Origin: a virus
Lineage: Duplodnaviria > Caudoviricetes
Reading direction: 5' to 3' (one strand)
Length of the DNA stretch: 59,396 nt
IMG/VR virus record: IMGVR_UViG_3300044535_000237
Span: 1-59,396 of that record
The notes beneath the pieces are model-generated. The model had not been told where the DNA came from and searched no databases. It saw nothing but the letters and a program-made list of their open reading frames with translations. The position numbers and the translations under genes are program-made. Below are positions 56,812 to 59,396 of the stretch, piece by piece. Position 1 is the stretch's first letter. Each line of letters begins with the position of its first letter.

Positions 56812-57086
56812 TGGTTGACAAACGACCAGAGCTTCGATGGCAGAACACACCTGTGGGTGCTTGGACTGCCTACGTTGAGAAACGTTCGAAGGCTAGCTCA
56901 CTCAAGCAGATGCACGTCAAGCATGCGTTTGCGTTCGTTCGCCCTGCCTACAATGTATCTGGTCTACTTGACGCAGATCGTGGTTGGGTTGTGACACGCA
57001 ACACGTTCGATGATGTGCAATCGTTTGATGACTTGACTACTGCTCGGGTGTTTGTTGAGTCGTTGTTTGCATTGGAATATAATTGA
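56808..57086 (+). CDS. Hypothetical protein
   Basis: ATGA coupling to the ATPase. Confidence 0.65.
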   Translation: MMVDKRPELRWQNTPVGAWTAYVEKRSKASSLKQMHVKHAFAFVRPAYNVSGLLDADRGWVVTRNTFDDVQSFDDLTTARVFVESLFALEYN

Positions 57087-57088
57087 CC

Positions 57089-57104
57089 TAATCCCACGGG
57101 ATTA
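57089..57104. promoter_or_regulatory. 16-bp dyad TAATCCCACGGGATTA plus ACTTGTTTACT leader
   Basis: Exact consensus, 2 nt after a stop codon, upstream of the vWA gene. Confidence 0.75.
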
Positions 57105-57129
57105 ACTTGTTTACTTACTGGAGAAAATT

Positions 57130-58278
57130 ATGACAACCTTATCTGATCGAATCGATCTTGCATACAGCAAGCTCGGCCTTCGTGAATCATTCATTGCCGC
57201 TGTGATGACACGCGTCAAGCGTGAGATATCTGACAAGGTATCTACTGCAGGAACCAATGGCGCGTGGGTTCGCTTTAACCCTGCGTTCTGTGATCCGCTG
57301 ACTGACGAGGAATTGTTTGGCCTTGTGTTGCATGAGGCGGTGCACGTTGTGCTGATGCACATGTGGCGTCGTGAGAGCCGTGATCCGAGTTTGTGGAACT
57401 ACGCCAACGATGCGCTTATCAATGCGTACATACGTAGTCGTGGATGGCAACTGCCCAAGGGCGGCGTCAACGTAGGATGGGTGCGTGAGAGCATGTCCTC
57501 AGAAGAAGTCTACGCCAAGCTCAAAGAAAACCCGCCACCGCCACAAGGCGGTAAGGGCTCAGGTGATGGTGATGGCGATGAGGAAAGCCAACCCAATGCA
57601 GGTGGCTTCGATGGCAAGGGTGATCTCGAAGATGCTCAAGATGATGCTACTCGTGTGGACATGGAGGCAACTATTGTAGCCGCAGCTCGTATGGCCAAGG
57701 AATGTGGTCAGGGCTCTAGCTTGATCGATCGTGTGCTTGACAACGTAGGCCAACCCCATGTGCGGTGGCAAGACGTGACTCGTTCCATGATGACTGAATC
57801 GTCTGCCGCTGACTACACCTACACGCGCCCCTCGCGTCGCTTCATTGGCTCTGGCTTGTACTTGCCATCGCTTCGCACTGACTCACTCGGTGGCTTGGCT
57901 ATTGGCTTTGATACATCAGGATCAATGGGGCCCAAGGAATGCAACCAGATCGCCGCCGAGATTCAGGCGATCGTTGACGACTTGCAACCATCATTCGTAG
58001 AAGTTATTTACTGCGACTACCACGTGACGCACATCGAGCGGTTCGAGCGGGACGACATGCTTGCCCTGCATCCCAAGGGCGGTGGCGGTACGCGCTTTCA
58101 GCCAGTGTTCGAGCACCTCGACAAATCAGACGAGCGTTACTGCGGCATGATTTTCTTCACTGACATGGAGGGCAACTTGGACGAATGCGAGGAGCCAACC
58201 TATCCTGTCATCTGGGCCGACATCGGCCAGTCCCATCCACGTGAGCCTTTCGGCACACGGGTTACCGTAGCATTATGA
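57130..58278 (+). CDS. DUF2201-type metallopeptidase (HExxH) + vWA domain protein
   Basis: TAGT.G....FNP.F, HEAVH....H..RR, WNYA.D..IN; MIDAS DTSGSM, GGGGT.F, FTD.EG. Confidence 0.9.
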   Translation: MTTLSDRIDLAYSKLGLRESFIAAVMTRVKREISDKVSTAGTNGAWVRFNPAFCDPLTDEELFGLVLHEAVHVVLMHMWRRESRDPSLWNYANDALINAYIRSRGWQLPKGGVNVGWVRESMSSEEVYAKLKENPPPPQGGKGSGDGDGDEESQPNAGGFDGKGDLEDAQDDATRVDMEATIVAAARMAKECGQGSSLIDRVLDNVGQPHVRWQDVTRSMMTESSAADYTYTRPSRRFIGSGLYLPSLRTDSLGGLAIGFDTSGSMGPKECNQIAAEIQAIVDDLQPSFVEVIYCDYHVTHIERFERDDMLALHPKGGGGTRFQPVFEHLDKSDERYCGMIFFTDMEGNLDECEEPTYPVIWADIGQSHPREPFGTRVTVAL

Positions 58279-58285
58279 GAACAAC

Positions 58286-58573
58286 ATGAACACATCCTTC
58301 AACAAAGAAAAAGACATTCAGTATCGCTTGACGCGTATCGAGACGAAACTCGTGCGCGGCTTTGAGGAACTGGGTGTCAACATCGACCAAGACCGAGAGT
58401 GGTTGTCCGTCGACGAAGAGAACCTTGTCGTGTACGTTTCCACACTGGGACGTTCACTAACTGTTGTACTAAGTGACATGGCACGTAACGGCGCTAAAAG
58501 CGTTGGCAAACACTACGACATCGTTAATCGCGGTGAAGTAGTTGGATCAATATGTTTTAAACCAATTGTGTAA
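58286..58573 (+). CDS. Hypothetical protein
   Basis: 95-aa ORF in operon context; RL.RIET.L...G motif. Confidence 0.65.
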   Translation: MNTSFNKEKDIQYRLTRIETKLVRGFEELGVNIDQDREWLSVDEENLVVYVSTLGRSLTVVLSDMARNGAKSVGKHYDIVNRGEVVGSICFKPIV

Positions 58574-58584
58574 AGAGTACTATC

Positions 58585-58761
58585 ATGAAGCAAGAACCAA
58601 TCATTCACCAAGGTATCCCTGTTAAGTCAATCTGCTATCCGCAAATACCTGCAGACGATCGCAGATTTGTATGGACTGCCGGTGCAGACGTGCAATCTGT
58701 ATGGCGTCGCTTCGGGTGGAAACCACTAGAAGAATTAGGAAAGCGAGTGGTCAATGATTAA
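58585..58761 (+). CDS. Hypothetical protein, 58 aa
   Basis: Hand-translated ...DDRRFVWTAGADVQSVWRRFGWKP...; not in the ORF track. Confidence 0.6.
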   Translation: MKQEPIIHQGIPVKSICYPQIPADDRRFVWTAGADVQSVWRRFGWKPLEELGKRVVND

Positions 58762-59002
58762 GTACAATGACTACGACGAGGCCATCATTGGCCCCGCATA
58801 CATTCACAGAGACCATCAAGTGGTTCATGTACTTGTTTACGACGCAGAAAAAATCAGGGATATTCTCGTGACGCGCGACGGCATGTCGCACGAAGAAGCA
58901 CGTGAGTATATTGAGTTCAACATCGAAGGTGGTTACTTAGGCATTGAGACGCCTGTGCTTGTGTGGCCAGATGATATTTGGGATGAAGGCGATGAAGAGT
59001 AA
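58754..59002 (+). CDS. Conserved phage hypothetical protein
   Basis: D.AIIG....VYD..KI...L...DGM..EEA.EY.EFNI.G.Y.G..TP motif. Confidence 0.8.
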   Translation: MIKYNDYDEAIIGPAYIHRDHQVVHVLVYDAEKIRDILVTRDGMSHEEAREYIEFNIEGGYLGIETPVLVWPDDIWDEGDEE

Positions 59003-59201
59003 TTTTGTGAACAATCATTTGGCCATTGGTAGCCAACAACCCGTACATAGATTACAACTTTGTAATAAATGTGAAGAAGTACGACCGCCGGAGGGCGGCG
59101 TGCAAATGAATTCCGCACGATGGATTTGTGCCTCGTGTTGGACTGATCGCGTCACGGGACGTAACTTAAAACAACTTAGACCAAAGGAACGCAATGATTG
59201 A
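58992..59201 (+). CDS. Small zinc-finger protein
   Basis: CNKC...PPEGG.....RW.CASCW. Confidence 0.65.
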   Translation: MKSNFVNNHLAIGSQQPVHRLQLCNKCEEVRPPEGGVQMNSARWICASCWTDRVTGRNLKQLRPKERND

Positions 59202-59396
59202 AAACGCAGATGCAGTGCAAATTGGTGGATCGCACTATAAAGATATGCCAGTACAACCTTGGAATGTCATGTCCGCTGTGTTGACGCGCGAAGAATTTAT
59301 AGGGTTTCTGAAAGGCAACATTATTAAATACTCGATGCGTGCAGGACGAAAAGATGGCAGTGACGATGGCAACAAAGCATTGCACTACATCCACAA
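59182..59396. repeat. Terminal direct repeat, right copy (contains the truncated variant DUF3310 gene from 59194)
   Basis: Matches 1-215 with 9 substitutions. Confidence 0.95.

Noticed and set aside
49273-57104. Palindromic repeats as a CRISPR array
   Set aside because: The repeats are only 16 bp, spaced 400-1400 bp apart by whole genes, and there is no cas operon. The Cas4-like nuclease at 3023 sits in an ordinary replication module.
1-59396. Alternative genetic code, tRNA genes, introns/inteins, integrase
   Set aside because: Core genes are full length in the standard code with normal sizes. I recognised no cloverleaf, splicing or recombinase motifs by eye; tRNAscan and HMM searches were not run.

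Overview
The window is an apparently complete, circularly permuted tailed-phage (Caudoviricetes, podovirus-like) genome of about 59.2 kb. Bases 1-215 recur at 59182-59396 with 9 mismatches, which looks like an assembly overlap of two strain variants. It has two divergent arms. (1) The + strand arm starts at ~48.5 kb and wraps through the window end to ~10.2 kb. It holds small early hypothetical genes, a DUF3150-like / MoxR AAA+ / metallopeptidase-vWA trio, and a replication module: Leu762-type PolA, PD-(D/E)XK nuclease, VRR-NUC, SNF2 helicase, SSB-like protein, primase-DUF927 helicase and HNH. (2) The - strand arm (48.2 to 10.2 kb) holds terminases, portal, scaffold, major capsid, adaptors, three tandem paralogous repeat-rich fibres (two with S74 chaperone domains), an unusually gene-dense membrane/lysis block (GH19 endolysin, Rz with embedded Rz1), nozzle, tail tip, ejection proteins and four small Lys-rich proteins. 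I recognised no integrase, repressor, tRNA, reverse transcriptase or CRISPR array. The most striking unexplained signals are: (a) a 16-bp dyad TAATCCCnnGGGATTA present 10 times, mostly at early-gene boundaries or just downstream of sigma70 promoters and once inside polA, with a companion leader motif ACTTRTTTACT; (b) a cupin + SET-domain (lysine methyltransferase) fusion gene inside the virion/ejection module, in a genome that also encodes a cluster of small Lys-rich proteins; (c) a duplicated non-coding terminator/ACTATCAC module and an iteron-like AT-rich region. All family assignments come from motif recognition by eye, not database searches.
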